In this document: positions 26,112-35,905 of the stretch, in pieces
How the letters are laid out: every line of letters begins with the position of its first letter
Numbering within the stretch: the stretch's first letter is position 1
Assembly: GCA_028865345.1 (NCBI GenBank)
Contig: JAGWKL010000003.1
Location: 64,184-128,183 of the forward strand
Length of the DNA stretch: 64,000 bases
Direction: 5' to 3'
Origin: Candidatus Omnitrophota bacterium
Lineage (GTDB): Bacteria > Omnitrophota > Gorgyraeia > Zapsychrales > Fredricksoniimonadaceae
The notes under the pieces: model-generated
Told to the model about the DNA's origin: nothing
The model's database searches: none
The model's input: the letters and a program-made list of their open reading frames with translations, nothing else
Made by a program: the position numbers and the translations under genes

Positions 26112-27204
26112 AACAAAACTGCATGAAATAGCCCGGCTCGGCCAAAGCGTATGGATCGATAATATCAGCCGTTCGATGATCGTCGGCGGCCAGTTGAGGG
26201 CGCTCATTGACAAGGGGCTGCGCGGCCAGACATCCAACCCCACCATTTTTAAACAAGCCATCAGCCAGAGCAGCGATTACGACGCCGAAATAGAGCGGTT
26301 GGCCCAGGCAGGCAAGTCCACTTTTGAGATTTACGATGAGTTGACCATTAAGGACGTGCAGGATGCCGCAGACCTTTTCGGCGGCGTTTATGAAGCCACC
26401 CAAGGTCTGGATGGATATGTCAGTTTGGAGATCAATCCCCAATTGGGTAATGAATTTGAGGCCCAGCTTAAGGAAGGCAGGCGCCTGTGGCAGGCGCTCA
26501 ACCGTCCCAACGTGATGATCAAGGTGCCCGCCACAAAGAACGGTCTGCATGTTGTGCAGGGACTGATCGCCCACGGCATTAATGTCAATGTCACCCTGAT
26601 TTTTTCTGCGGAACAATATCAGCAGGTGGTCTGGGCGTATCTCAAAGGGTTGGACCTTCTGGCCAAAAACGGGGGAGAAACGGGCAGGGTGCGCTCCGTG
26701 GCTTCGGTCTTTGTCAGCCGTGTCGATACGAGCGTCGACAAAAAGCTGGATGAAAAGAAAGATGCAGGCTTAAGGGGCCAGGCCGCCCTTGCCAACGCGG
26801 CGATCATTTATCATAAATTCCAAAATAGTTTTAACGGTGACGAATTTAAGGCTTTGAAGCGTCAAGGGGCCCATCTGCAGCGTGTCTTGTGGGCCTCGAC
26901 GGGGACCAAGGACCCGCAATACAGCGATATCAAATATGTTACCGGATTGATGGGTCCCGATACCGTTAATACCATGCCGGACAAAACACTGGAAGCGGTG
27001 TTGGACCATGGGACGGCCTTGGGCTGCTTGCCCGCCTCTGTCGCCGCCGCCCAGCGAACGATCGGGCAGTTACGCATGAAAGGCGTCGATATCGGCATGG
27101 TGTGCAATCAGTTGCTCGACGACGGGCTGGCCGCTTTTGAAAAATCCTTCGAAGAATTGACCGTCTGCCTTGAAGAAAAACAGGCGCGGTTACTTGCCAA
27201 ATAG
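26104..27204 (+). CDS. tal: Transaldolase
   Basis: 'GQSVWIDN', 'TSNPTIF', 'NVMIKVPAT', 'NVNVTLIFS', 'LWASTGTK'. Confidence 0.95.
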   Translation: MPETKLHEIARLGQSVWIDNISRSMIVGGQLRALIDKGLRGQTSNPTIFKQAISQSSDYDAEIERLAQAGKSTFEIYDELTIKDVQDAADLFGGVYEATQGLDGYVSLEINPQLGNEFEAQLKEGRRLWQALNRPNVMIKVPATKNGLHVVQGLIAHGINVNVTLIFSAEQYQQVVWAYLKGLDLLAKNGGETGRVRSVASVFVSRVDTSVDKKLDEKKDAGLRGQAALANAAIIYHKFQNSFNGDEFKALKRQGAHLQRVLWASTGTKDPQYSDIKYVTGLMGPDTVNTMPDKTLEAVLDHGTALGCLPASVAAAQRTIGQLRMKGVDIGMVCNQLLDDGLAAFEKSFEELTVCLEEKQARLLAK

Positions 27205-27208
27205 AAAA

Positions 27209-27373
27209 ATTAGAAAATTTTAATGGAAAAATTTTAAAATTTTGCTACATTAGTATGTGTAACATTAGAAAATTTTAATAAACAGGCTTCCCGGAAACGG
27301 CAAAAATTTTAAGCGGAATGTGTAAAATATCTTTACACATCATTAACAACAGATAAGAAGTCAAATTCTTATC
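27209..27373. promoter_or_regulatory. AT-rich regulatory region with direct repeats and two palindromes
   Basis: ATTAGAAAATTTTAAT at 27209 and 27264; ATGTGTAAA-N5-TTTACACAT at 27318-27340; GATAAGAA-N6-TTCTTATC at 27352-27373. Confidence 0.55.
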
Positions 27374-27393
27374 ACAATCAAGGAGGAGAAGTC

Positions 27394-27543
27394 ATGAGTA
27401 AGAAATCCGTAGTTGCATTCGCCCTGCTCTTTGCAGCGGCAGGTTTGATCCTGGCCAATACCGTCAAAGCCCAGGACACAACCGCTGATAATAGCGCCAT
27501 GAACAGCGACAATGGCGGCGCAGCAGCTCCTGCCGATCAATAA
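27394..27543 (+). CDS. Small secreted peptide, 49 aa (not in the ORF track)
   Basis: AGGAGG RBS; MSKKSVVAFALLFAAAGLILANTVKA-QDTTADNSAMNSDNGGAAAPADQ; followed by a terminator. Confidence 0.8.
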   Translation: MSKKSVVAFALLFAAAGLILANTVKAQDTTADNSAMNSDNGGAAAPADQ

Positions 27544-27567
27544 TTCTTTTTAAGAGAATCATTGGTC

Positions 27568-27605
27568 AATAAAAAGGGACACTTCATCAAGTGTCCCTTT
27601 TTATT
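27568..27605 (+). terminator. Intrinsic terminator
   Basis: Perfect hairpin AATAAAAAGGGACACTT-CATC-AAGTGTCCCTTTTTATT. Confidence 0.85.
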
Positions 27606-27652
27606 TGCCTTTTTGCTGGCAGCCTTTTGACGTATATATTAAACTATAACCA

Positions 27653-29131
27653 ATGGATTCGTGGAAAGCGATAACATCTTTAACATATAGTCAGATCAAG
27701 GAGTTACAGAACCGGCGCCTGCATTCTTTCATCAATACCCACGTCTATCCGTTCAGCCCTTATTACCGTAACCTTTTCGATGATAAGAAAATCGACCCCA
27801 AATCCATCCGCACCAGGGAGGATTTAAAACGTATTCCCTTTATCAATAAATCAGACCTGCTCGATAAGGACAACCCGCAGAAATTCAAGGACTTCATCCT
27901 CCAGCCGGACAAGGAGAAGATAAAAAGCCATTGGCCTAAAACACGTTTGTTGGGCTTCGCGTTGAAATCTTGCGCCCAGGGCCGGCACCTGGAAGATGAT
28001 CTGGCCAGGGAATATCGTCCCATATTCATGACCTTCACCACCGGAACGACTAATGCGCCGGTGCCGTTTATGTACAGCCGCCGGGACCTGGATAACCTGA
28101 ACCTTTTCGGGGCCCGCATGGTTGGACTTTTCGGCATCAAAAGCGATGAACGGATCATGAACCTTTTTCCTTTTGCCCCGCACCTGGCCTTTTGGCAGAC
28201 TTTTTTCGGTGCTATTGAAGCAGGGGTTTTCTCGCTTTCCACCGGCGGCGGCAAGGTCATGGGCACCGAAGGCAATTTAACGGCGCTTATGAGGATCAAG
28301 CCTTCCACCATCCTGGGCGTGCCGAGCTATATTTACCATCTGGTGCGTTTTGCCCAGACCAAGGGGCATGACCTATCCTTTCTGAAGAACATCGTGCTGG
28401 GCGCGGCGAGGGTCACGCCGGCCTATAAGCAGAAGTTATCGGCCATGTTGAGAGCCCAGGGGGGCAAGGATATTTGTATCTTCGGCACTTATGGCTTTAC
28501 CGAGGCGCGTTGTGCCTGGGCCGAATGCCCGACCGAGAACCATCTGTCCAGCGGCTATCATCTTTACCCGGACAAGGAGATCTTTGAGATCATCGATCCT
28601 GACACCGGCGAGATCAGAGATGACGGGGCGGACGGTGAACTTGTGTACACCAACCTGGACGCCCGCGCCAGCGTGGTGCTGCGATACCGCACCGGCGATT
28701 TTGTCAAAGGCGGAATCAGTCACGGCCCCTGCCCCTATTGCGGGCGCGTGACGCTGCGCCTGTCCTCGGACATCACGCGTTTGTCCGATCAAAAAGACAT
28801 CCATCTCTCCAAGGTGAAGGGAACGCTCGTAAACTTAAGCCATTTTACCGAAGTGTTAAGCGGCATTTCCCAGATCAATGAATGGCAGCTGGAGATCCGC
28901 AAGCATAATAATGATCCTTTTGAAGTTGATGAGATCATTGTGTATGTCACGGCCCAGGAGGGGGTTGACCAGTTGGCGCTTTCCAAACAGATCATCGACA
29001 AGCTGACCGGGGCCACCGAAGTGGCCCCGAATCAAATTGAATTCATTCCTCTTGCCGAAATGGTCAAGCGTCTGGAATTGGAAACGGCGAACAAGGAAAA
29101 ACGCATTTTGGATACGAGGCCTAAAGGATGA
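27653..29131 (+). CDS. Phenylacetate-CoA ligase (PaaK)-family adenylate-forming enzyme
   Basis: 'TTGTT' P-loop, 'TYGFTE', 'EIIDPDTGE', 'LRYRTGD'. Confidence 0.8.
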   Translation: MDSWKAITSLTYSQIKELQNRRLHSFINTHVYPFSPYYRNLFDDKKIDPKSIRTREDLKRIPFINKSDLLDKDNPQKFKDFILQPDKEKIKSHWPKTRLLGFALKSCAQGRHLEDDLAREYRPIFMTFTTGTTNAPVPFMYSRRDLDNLNLFGARMVGLFGIKSDERIMNLFPFAPHLAFWQTFFGAIEAGVFSLSTGGGKVMGTEGNLTALMRIKPSTILGVPSYIYHLVRFAQTKGHDLSFLKNIVLGAARVTPAYKQKLSAMLRAQGGKDICIFGTYGFTEARCAWAECPTENHLSSGYHLYPDKEIFEIIDPDTGEIRDDGADGELVYTNLDARASVVLRYRTGDFVKGGISHGPCPYCGRVTLRLSSDITRLSDQKDIHLSKVKGTLVNLSHFTEVLSGISQINEWQLEIRKHNNDPFEVDEIIVYVTAQEGVDQLALSKQIIDKLTGATEVAPNQIEFIPLAEMVKRLELETANKEKRILDTRPKG

Positions 29132-29144
29132 ATAAGGAGACGGC

Positions 29145-30422
29145 ATGGATAGAATAGCGATCGTCGGCGGTATACGTACCCCGTTTTGCAAAATGGGCAC
29201 GAATTTCAACAGCCTGAGCGCCCAGGAACTCGGGCGCATTGCCGCGCGTGAATTGATCGAGCGCATGGACCTGGATGTCAAGGTCATCGATGAAGTGATC
29301 TTCGGGTGCGTGGGCCAGCCGGCAGAGGCCGCCAATATCGCCCGTGTCATAGCCCTTCTGGCCGGTGTTCCTAAAACGACACCGGCCGTCACCGTGCACC
29401 GCAATTGCGCCTCCGGCATTGAAGCCGCGGTCAATGCGGCCATCAAGATCAAGGCGGGCCTTGGCAGCATTTATTTGACCGGCGGCACCGAGTCCATGAG
29501 CAACATTCCGTTTTTCTTTTCCAAAGCGTATCAGGAAATTTTGACCGGGATCTCGCGCGCCAAAACCATGCCCGCAAAATTGCAGGAGTTTGCCAAGATA
29601 CGCCCGCACCATTTTTTAAAACCCAATATCGGACTGCAATTGGGGCTGACTGACCCTGTTTGCGGCCTTAACATGGGCCAGACCGCCGAGGTGCTGGCCA
29701 AAGAATTCGGAATCACCCGTCGAGCGCAGGATGAATTTGCCCTGGCCTCGCACCAGAAAGCCATAGCCGGCCGCGCCCTTCTCAGGGAAGAGATTGTCCC
29801 CGTGATCCCGGGGCCTAAATATAAGGAGGCCGTCATGGATGACAACGGCCCGCGCGACGGCCAGACCATGGAAGCCTTGGCCAAACTGAAGCCTTTTTTT
29901 GAAAGAGGCACGGGCACCGTGACCCCCGGAAATTCCAGCCAGATCACCGACGGTGCTTGCGCGCTTTTAGTGGCCGGCGAATTGCGCGCCAAGGTGCTGG
30001 GCATGAAGCCGCTGGGGTATATCCGCAGTTTTGCCTTTGCCGGCGTGGAGCCGGACCGCATGGGTATAGGACCTGCGCATGCCATTCCCATGGCCTTAAA
30101 GAAAGCGGGCATGAAACTTTCCGATGTCCAGGCCTTTGAGATCAACGAAGCTTTTGCCGCCCAGGTCCTGGCTTGCCTGCGCGCCCTGGGGTCAGAGAAA
30201 TTCGCCAGGGATTTCGGTTATGAAGGTTATACCGGTGAAATCGACCCCGCGCAATTGAACGTCAACGGCGGGGCCATTGCCCTGGGCCATCCGGTAGGCA
30301 CTTCGGGTGCCAGGTTGATCCTGACCATGCTTAAACATTTAAATCGCCATAATCTTAATTGCGGGGTCGTGTCCTTGTGCGTCGGCGGGGGCCAGGGCGC
30401 GGCCGTGGTCTTGGAGAGATAA
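29145..30422 (+). CDS. Acetyl-CoA C-acyltransferase (thiolase, FadI/FadA-like)
   Basis: 'NCASG', 'NEAFAAQ', 'GGAIALGHPVG', 'SLCVGGGQG'. Confidence 0.93.
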   Translation: MDRIAIVGGIRTPFCKMGTNFNSLSAQELGRIAARELIERMDLDVKVIDEVIFGCVGQPAEAANIARVIALLAGVPKTTPAVTVHRNCASGIEAAVNAAIKIKAGLGSIYLTGGTESMSNIPFFFSKAYQEILTGISRAKTMPAKLQEFAKIRPHHFLKPNIGLQLGLTDPVCGLNMGQTAEVLAKEFGITRRAQDEFALASHQKAIAGRALLREEIVPVIPGPKYKEAVMDDNGPRDGQTMEALAKLKPFFERGTGTVTPGNSSQITDGACALLVAGELRAKVLGMKPLGYIRSFAFAGVEPDRMGIGPAHAIPMALKKAGMKLSDVQAFEINEAFAAQVLACLRALGSEKFARDFGYEGYTGEIDPAQLNVNGGAIALGHPVGTSGARLILTMLKHLNRHNLNCGVVSLCVGGGQGAAVVLER

Positions 30423-30430
30423 GGGGGCCT

Positions 30431-31855
30431 ATGAAGAAAACCGTCCTTTGTTCTTTCTTTTTGTTTTTATCGGCGGCGGGAGTTCACGCGAATGTCCTGA
30501 CGAGCACCGTCAGTGACCAGCAGTCTGTAGAGGTTACGGTCTATAACAGCAATTTAGGTCTGGTCAAGGACATCCGCCGCCTGCAGTTGCCTCAAGGTCA
30601 AGGGGAGTTAAGATTCATGGATGTAGCTTCAGGGATCATGCCCTATACAGTGCAGGTCCAGTCCTTGACTTCTCCCGGTCAGTTGACGGTCCTTGAACAA
30701 AATTATGAATACGACTTAATGAATTCCAGCAAGTTGCTGGATAAATATGTTGGAAAGAATTTGAAGATCATGACTGTGAATCAAATGACCGGCCAGAAGT
30801 CAATTGTGGATGCGGTATTGCTTAGCAATAATGACGGTCCTATTTATAAGATCAACGGTGAGATTTATTTAGGTTATCCCGGTTATCAAATCCTGCCGCA
30901 GATCCCTGAAAATCTCATTGCCAAACCTACCTTGACCTGGGAATTTGATAATCAAAATGCGAACCCCCAAACCGTGCAAGTGGCTTATTTGACGGACAAT
31001 ATCACCTGGCGGGCGGACTATATTATGGTGGTCAATCATGACGACACCGCAGCTAATATCAATGGGTGGGTGACGTTGGATAATAGAAGCGGTGCCGCCT
31101 ATAAGAATGCCAAATTGAAATTAGTGGCAGGGCAGGTTAACCGTGTGCAAAGTTATGCGATGAGAAAGATGCTGCCCATGAGTGACATGGCATTAGGGGC
31201 TGCAACGGCGCCGCAGTTTCAGGAGCAGCCTTTTTTCGAATATCACCTCTATGATCTCCAGCGTCCTACCACCATCGAGAACAATCAAACCAAACAGATC
31301 AATCTTTTACAAGCAGACCACGTCGCCATCAACAAGGAATATATTGTGCACGGACAGCAGGATTATTTTTACACCAATTTCAACGGTGCAGAGCCGATGA
31401 AGACGCCGGTGGATGTCGTCCTGAAATTCAAGAACTCCAAAGCCAATCACATGGGCATGCCTTTGCCTGCGGGCACGGTGCGCCTCTACAAGAAAGACGC
31501 CCAGGGCAGTTTGGAATTCGTCGGTGAAGACAGTATTGACCACACGCCCAAGGATGAGGATGTGGAAATAAAAGCAGGGGAAGCCTTTGATGTGGTGGCC
31601 GAGCGCCAGCAAATGGATTATAAACTGGCCTATAGGTCTTATGAAACGGCATGGGAGGTCACGATCCGCAACCATAAGGACAATGCGGTCAAGGTAGGCG
31701 TCATTGAGCCCATGTATGGTGATTGGCAGGTGCTCGAAAGTTCAGCGCCTTATAAGAAAGTCAATGCCAACACGCTTCGTTTTGATGTGGAAGTCCCCAA
31801 AGACCAGGAAGTCAAGATCGACTATCGTGTGAGGGTCACGACATTCAGAGGATAG
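30431..31855 (+). CDS. Secreted DUF4139/DUF4140-family protein
   Basis: Signal peptide; 'VTVYN..LGLVKD', 'LEQNYEYDL', 'WRADY', 'EYHLY', 'GMPLPAG'. Confidence 0.8.
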   Translation: MKKTVLCSFFLFLSAAGVHANVLTSTVSDQQSVEVTVYNSNLGLVKDIRRLQLPQGQGELRFMDVASGIMPYTVQVQSLTSPGQLTVLEQNYEYDLMNSSKLLDKYVGKNLKIMTVNQMTGQKSIVDAVLLSNNDGPIYKINGEIYLGYPGYQILPQIPENLIAKPTLTWEFDNQNANPQTVQVAYLTDNITWRADYIMVVNHDDTAANINGWVTLDNRSGAAYKNAKLKLVAGQVNRVQSYAMRKMLPMSDMALGAATAPQFQEQPFFEYHLYDLQRPTTIENNQTKQINLLQADHVAINKEYIVHGQQDYFYTNFNGAEPMKTPVDVVLKFKNSKANHMGMPLPAGTVRLYKKDAQGSLEFVGEDSIDHTPKDEDVEIKAGEAFDVVAERQQMDYKLAYRSYETAWEVTIRNHKDNAVKVGVIEPMYGDWQVLESSAPYKKVNANTLRFDVEVPKDQEVKIDYRVRVTTFRG

Positions 31856-31864
31856 GAGCTTAAC

Positions 31865-33979
31865 ATGTCTGTATTTTATAAAGAAGAAGCGAATATCGGT
31901 ACCGTCACCTTTGATGCGCCTGACTCCAAGGTCAATGTTTTGAATGCGGACACCCTGATTGGCTTCGGGACGATCCTTGACGGTCTCAAAAATAAGAATT
32001 TAAAAGCCCTTGTCATTCAAAGCGCCAAGAAGGACATTTTTATCGCCGGTGCCGATATCAAGGAGATTGAAAATATCACGGACGAAGCGGATGCCAAGGC
32101 CAAGGCCCAGGCCGGCCAGCGGGTCATGGATACATTGGAGGATTTGCCCTTCCCGACGGTAGCGGTGATCGACGGTGCCGCCTTGGGCGGGGGCTGTGAA
32201 CTGGCCCTGGCCTGCCGGTGGCGGGTGATGACCTTTAACGACAAAATCCGCATCGGCCTTCCGGAGGTGAATCTGGGTTTTGTGCCGGGTTTCGGCGGCA
32301 CATACCGGCTGCCGCGGCTTATCGGCCTTCAGCAGGCAATGAAAATGATCGTCTCCGGTGTGCCCGTAAACCCTCAGGCGGCATTCAAGAGCGGTCTGGT
32401 TGACAGGCTTTATCCTGCGGTGGGTTTACAGGAAAGCGTGCGCGAGTTCATCGAGGAAATTGCCGCTGAACCGGGCAAACGCGTTTTGATGAGAAAGGGC
32501 CCCAAAGGCCTCGCGGCATTCCTGGATAATCACCCTCTTGGCCGGATGGTGGTGTATAAGAAAACCATCGAGTCCGTCCAAAAAGCCACCAAGGGTTTTT
32601 ATCCGGCGCCCTTGAAAGCCGTGGACGTGATACGCAAGAGCCAATATCTGTCCCGCGAGCAGGCCCTGGACATTGAATCAGGCGCTTTTGCACAGTTGGC
32701 CGTCACACCGATCTCCAAAAATCTGGTTCGGTTATTTTATTTGACGGAAAAATACAAGAAATTGTCCGTGTCCGGCGCTGAAGGGATCAAGCCTGCGGCC
32801 ATGTCCAAGGCCGCGGTGATCGGCGCCGGTGTCATGGGCGGAGGGATCGCCCAGTTGTTAAGCAACCGCGGCGTTTGGACGCGGCTTAAAGACATCAACC
32901 ACGAGGCCATTGCCAAGGGCCTGGCCGCCGCCTACGACGTCTATAAACATGCCATGAAAAGAAGGAAAGCCAGACCCCATGAAGTGGCGGCCAAAATGGC
33001 CATGATCACAGGCACCGTCGATTACAGCGGTTTTGCGGATGTCGACATCGTGATCGAGGCAGTGGTGGAAAATTTGGACATCAAGCAAAAAGTATTCGCT
33101 CAAGTCAGTCAGGTGGTGTCCCCCAAGGCTGTTTTAGCTTCAAACACTTCATCATTGTCAGTGACGGAAATGGCCCGTGTGGCCAAGGACCCCGCACGGG
33201 TCATCGGTTTTCACTTTTTTAATCCCGTGCACCGTATGCCGTTGATTGAGATCATTACCACGGAATTCACATCCCAACAGACCCTGGTGGCGACCGTGGC
33301 ATTTGCCAGGAAATTGGGCAAGACACCGGTGGTAGTCAAAGATGCGCCGGGTTTTCTGGTCAACCGCATTTTGTTGGGGTATATCAATGAAGCCGGCCGT
33401 ATTTTGAGCGAAGGCGGCACGATCGATGAGATCGATCGTTTTGCCGTCAACTTCGGATTGCCCATGGGGCCTTTCACTTTGTCCGATGAGGTTGGTTTGG
33501 ACGTGGGAGTCAAGGTGCTGCATGTTTTGGAAGCGGGCCTGGGACCCCGGTTTAAGCCGGCCTCCATTTTTGACGGCATCCTGCCTAAAAAGCTTCTTGG
33601 GAAGAAATCGGGCAAAGGGTTTTATATTCACGGCAAAAAACGCACGGTCAATAACGAAGTGCAGGCGCTTGTCAAGGCGGGCGGCAAGGTGACTGAACAT
33701 GAGGCCATTGAGCGGATGATTTATATCATGATCAACGAAGCGGCCCTCGTCCTGCAGGAGAAGGTGGTGGACGGCCCGGATGCCGTGGATATCGGTATGA
33801 TCATGGGCACGGGCTTCCCGCCTTTCAGGGGAGGGCTTTTGCGCTACGCGGACTCTATCGGCATAGACACATTAATGGAAAGACTGGAAGCGTTGGAATC
33901 GCGTTTTCAGGACGGGCGTTTCAAGCCTTGCGACTATATTTTGGAGCTGAAGAAAAATGGAAGACAGTTTTATACTTAA
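31865..33979 (+). CDS. fadJ: Multifunctional enoyl-CoA hydratase/3-hydroxyacyl-CoA dehydrogenase (FadJ/FadB-like)
   Basis: 'FIAGADI', 'GGGCELALAC', 'GLPEVNLG', 'GAGVMGGG', 'HFFNPV', 'GFPPFRGG'. Confidence 0.88.
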   Translation: MSVFYKEEANIGTVTFDAPDSKVNVLNADTLIGFGTILDGLKNKNLKALVIQSAKKDIFIAGADIKEIENITDEADAKAKAQAGQRVMDTLEDLPFPTVAVIDGAALGGGCELALACRWRVMTFNDKIRIGLPEVNLGFVPGFGGTYRLPRLIGLQQAMKMIVSGVPVNPQAAFKSGLVDRLYPAVGLQESVREFIEEIAAEPGKRVLMRKGPKGLAAFLDNHPLGRMVVYKKTIESVQKATKGFYPAPLKAVDVIRKSQYLSREQALDIESGAFAQLAVTPISKNLVRLFYLTEKYKKLSVSGAEGIKPAAMSKAAVIGAGVMGGGIAQLLSNRGVWTRLKDINHEAIAKGLAAAYDVYKHAMKRRKARPHEVAAKMAMITGTVDYSGFADVDIVIEAVVENLDIKQKVFAQVSQVVSPKAVLASNTSSLSVTEMARVAKDPARVIGFHFFNPVHRMPLIEIITTEFTSQQTLVATVAFARKLGKTPVVVKDAPGFLVNRILLGYINEAGRILSEGGTIDEIDRFAVNFGLPMGPFTLSDEVGLDVGVKVLHVLEAGLGPRFKPASIFDGILPKKLLGKKSGKGFYIHGKKRTVNNEVQALVKAGGKVTEHEAIERMIYIMINEAALVLQEKVVDGPDAVDIGMIMGTGFPPFRGGLLRYADSIGIDTLMERLEALESRFQDGRFKPCDYILELKKNGRQFYT

Positions 33980-34565
33980 AAAGAAAGATTCCCGGCCGGC
34001 CAAGGGCATAAAGGCTTCGCTCAAGAAGAATATCCTTATCGGTGTCGTTGGCATGGCCGGTGCCGTTTTGTTGGCCGCCTTAGGCTGGTATTTGTATTTC
34101 GAGTCGCAGTTTACCGTTTATCGGGACAGCCAGTATCAGTTTTCGATCAAATATCCTAAAACCTGGAAGGTGGTCACTGCCCCCAAACCCAGCGTGGCAG
34201 TGGCCTTCCTGCGTCCCAAGGACACGGTCCTGGACACCGTGACGGAGAATTTCACCGTTGTCGTCCAGCCGCTTTCAGTACAAGACCATGTTCTGGCCGT
34301 ATTCAATGCCAACGTCAAAAACCAGATGCTGGCGGTGTTCGGCAAACATATCATCATTGCCCGGGACCAGCCGATGCATTGGGGCTGGCGCCAGGGACAT
34401 GAAATGGTTTTCAAGGCGCCGGTTCCCGACCATTTGGTCATGGTCAATGCCTGGACGCTGCGTATCGACCATGCCTACATCATGACCTATTTCGGAGACC
34501 TGAACAAATTTTCAAAAGATTCCCTTATCGTGGATGAAATGATCCGTTCTTTCCGCCTGCAATAA
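33957..34565 (+). CDS. Membrane-anchored PsbP/DcrB-like protein
   Basis: Single TM helix followed by 'FSIKYPKTW'; ends 'MIRSFRL'. Confidence 0.6.
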   Translation: MEDSFILKKKDSRPAKGIKASLKKNILIGVVGMAGAVLLAALGWYLYFESQFTVYRDSQYQFSIKYPKTWKVVTAPKPSVAVAFLRPKDTVLDTVTENFTVVVQPLSVQDHVLAVFNANVKNQMLAVFGKHIIIARDQPMHWGWRQGHEMVFKAPVPDHLVMVNAWTLRIDHAYIMTYFGDLNKFSKDSLIVDEMIRSFRLQ

Positions 34566-34570
34566 CTTTT

Positions 34571-35215
34571 CTAGAATCCCATGCGTTCGACGAGGAACTC
34601 CTTGAGGCTGCGGCATTGCAGGTAAGGGTTGGTTTGCTTCTGGCGCCCCATGGTGTCCGTCGGGGTGGCTCCGTAATTGTGTCCGGGGTAGATCACGGTC
34701 TCATCGGGCAGTTTCATGAGGACTTCATAGAGGCTGTGGTACATGACCGCAGGATCGCCGCCCGGCAGATCGCACCGTCCGCAGCCGTCGATAAAAAGCG
34801 TGTCCCCGCTGATGAGCTGGTCCTGGGGGCCTAAAAAACATTGGCAGCCCGGCGTATGGCCCGGCGTATGCAGGATATCAAAGGTGATTTTCCCTACCGA
34901 CAATTTGTCTTTGGAAGTCACATCCACAAGTCCTTGGAGGCGCGGCCGCAGCGGGGGGTATTCAAACTTGGAAATGTACACCGGCACCTTATGCAGGGTC
35001 AAAAGTTTCTCCAAACCATTGACGTGGTCGGGATGGGCGTGGGTCAGAAAGACCTTGGTGATCTTATATCCCAGCCGTTTGGCTTCCCTGCAAAGAAAAT
35101 CCACGTCCCAGGCAGGGTCAACCACGGCCATTTCCCTGGTTTCAGGGTCGCCTAAAAGATAAAGGAAATTGTTGAGAGGCCCTATTTCGTATTGTTGGAT
35201 GAGCAGTCTTGACAT
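34571..35215 (-). CDS. Metallo-beta-lactamase fold hydrolase (glyoxalase II-like)
   Basis: THAHPDH, TPGHTPG, SGDTLF, YPGH. Confidence 0.9.
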   Translation of the reverse strand: MSRLLIQQYEIGPLNNFLYLLGDPETREMAVVDPAWDVDFLCREAKRLGYKITKVFLTHAHPDHVNGLEKLLTLHKVPVYISKFEYPPLRPRLQGLVDVTSKDKLSVGKITFDILHTPGHTPGCQCFLGPQDQLISGDTLFIDGCGRCDLPGGDPAVMYHSLYEVLMKLPDETVIYPGHNYGATPTDTMGRQKQTNPYLQCRSLKEFLVERMGF

Positions 35216-35284
35216 AAAAACCCCCGGCTTTATAATGAACAGCGGTTTTGAAAGCATCTTACATCATACCCGGAGGTTAATCAA

Positions 35285-35836
35285 ATGGCCCTTTTAGAAT
35301 CCGTTAAAATTCCCTTAGGCACGACGATGCCTGCCTTTGAATTAAAAGATCCTTATGGGAAATCCCATAAATCCTCCGAGCTTTTCGGCGAGCGCGGCCT
35401 GCTGGTCGTTTTTACCTGCAACCACTGCCCGTATGCCCTGGCTGTCTGGCCCCGGCTTGTCCGTCTCGCCCGGTACGGCAGGGGCATGAGGGTCAATTGT
35501 GCCGCCATCAACCCCAATATCAACCCTGATTATCCCGATGACGCTCCGGATAAAATGATCCTCAAGATCAAGGAATTGGGCATTGATTTTCCGTATTTGG
35601 TCGATGATACCCAGCAGGTGGCGGAGGCCTTCAAGGCCCAATGCACGCCGGACATTTATTTGTTCGATAAGAACAAGGCGCTTGTCTACCATGGCCGCAT
35701 CGATGATAACTGGAAAGACGAGGACGCGGTCAGGTGCGAAGAACTGAAAGAGGCCATGAACAATATGGCTGCCGGCCGGCCGATTTCCAGCAAGCAGACC
35801 CCTTCCATGGGATGTTCAATTAAGTGGAAAGGTTAA
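35285..35836 (+). CDS. Thioredoxin-family (AhpC/TSA-like) protein
   Basis: 'FTCNHCPY', 'CTPD', 'GRIDD', 'GCSIKW'. Confidence 0.9.
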   Translation: MALLESVKIPLGTTMPAFELKDPYGKSHKSSELFGERGLLVVFTCNHCPYALAVWPRLVRLARYGRGMRVNCAAINPNINPDYPDDAPDKMILKIKELGIDFPYLVDDTQQVAEAFKAQCTPDIYLFDKNKALVYHGRIDDNWKDEDAVRCEELKEAMNNMAAGRPISSKQTPSMGCSIKWKG

Positions 35837-35905
35837 CCCCTTACGAATTCGAAGCAATTGGGCCTTTTGGGTTGTTCCATCAAGTGGAGAAGTTAGGCCG
35901 TTTTC

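Noticed and set aside
27205-27312. AAAATTTT repeats as a CRISPR array or replication origin
   Set aside because: No regular repeat-spacer period, no cas genes, and no clear DnaA boxes
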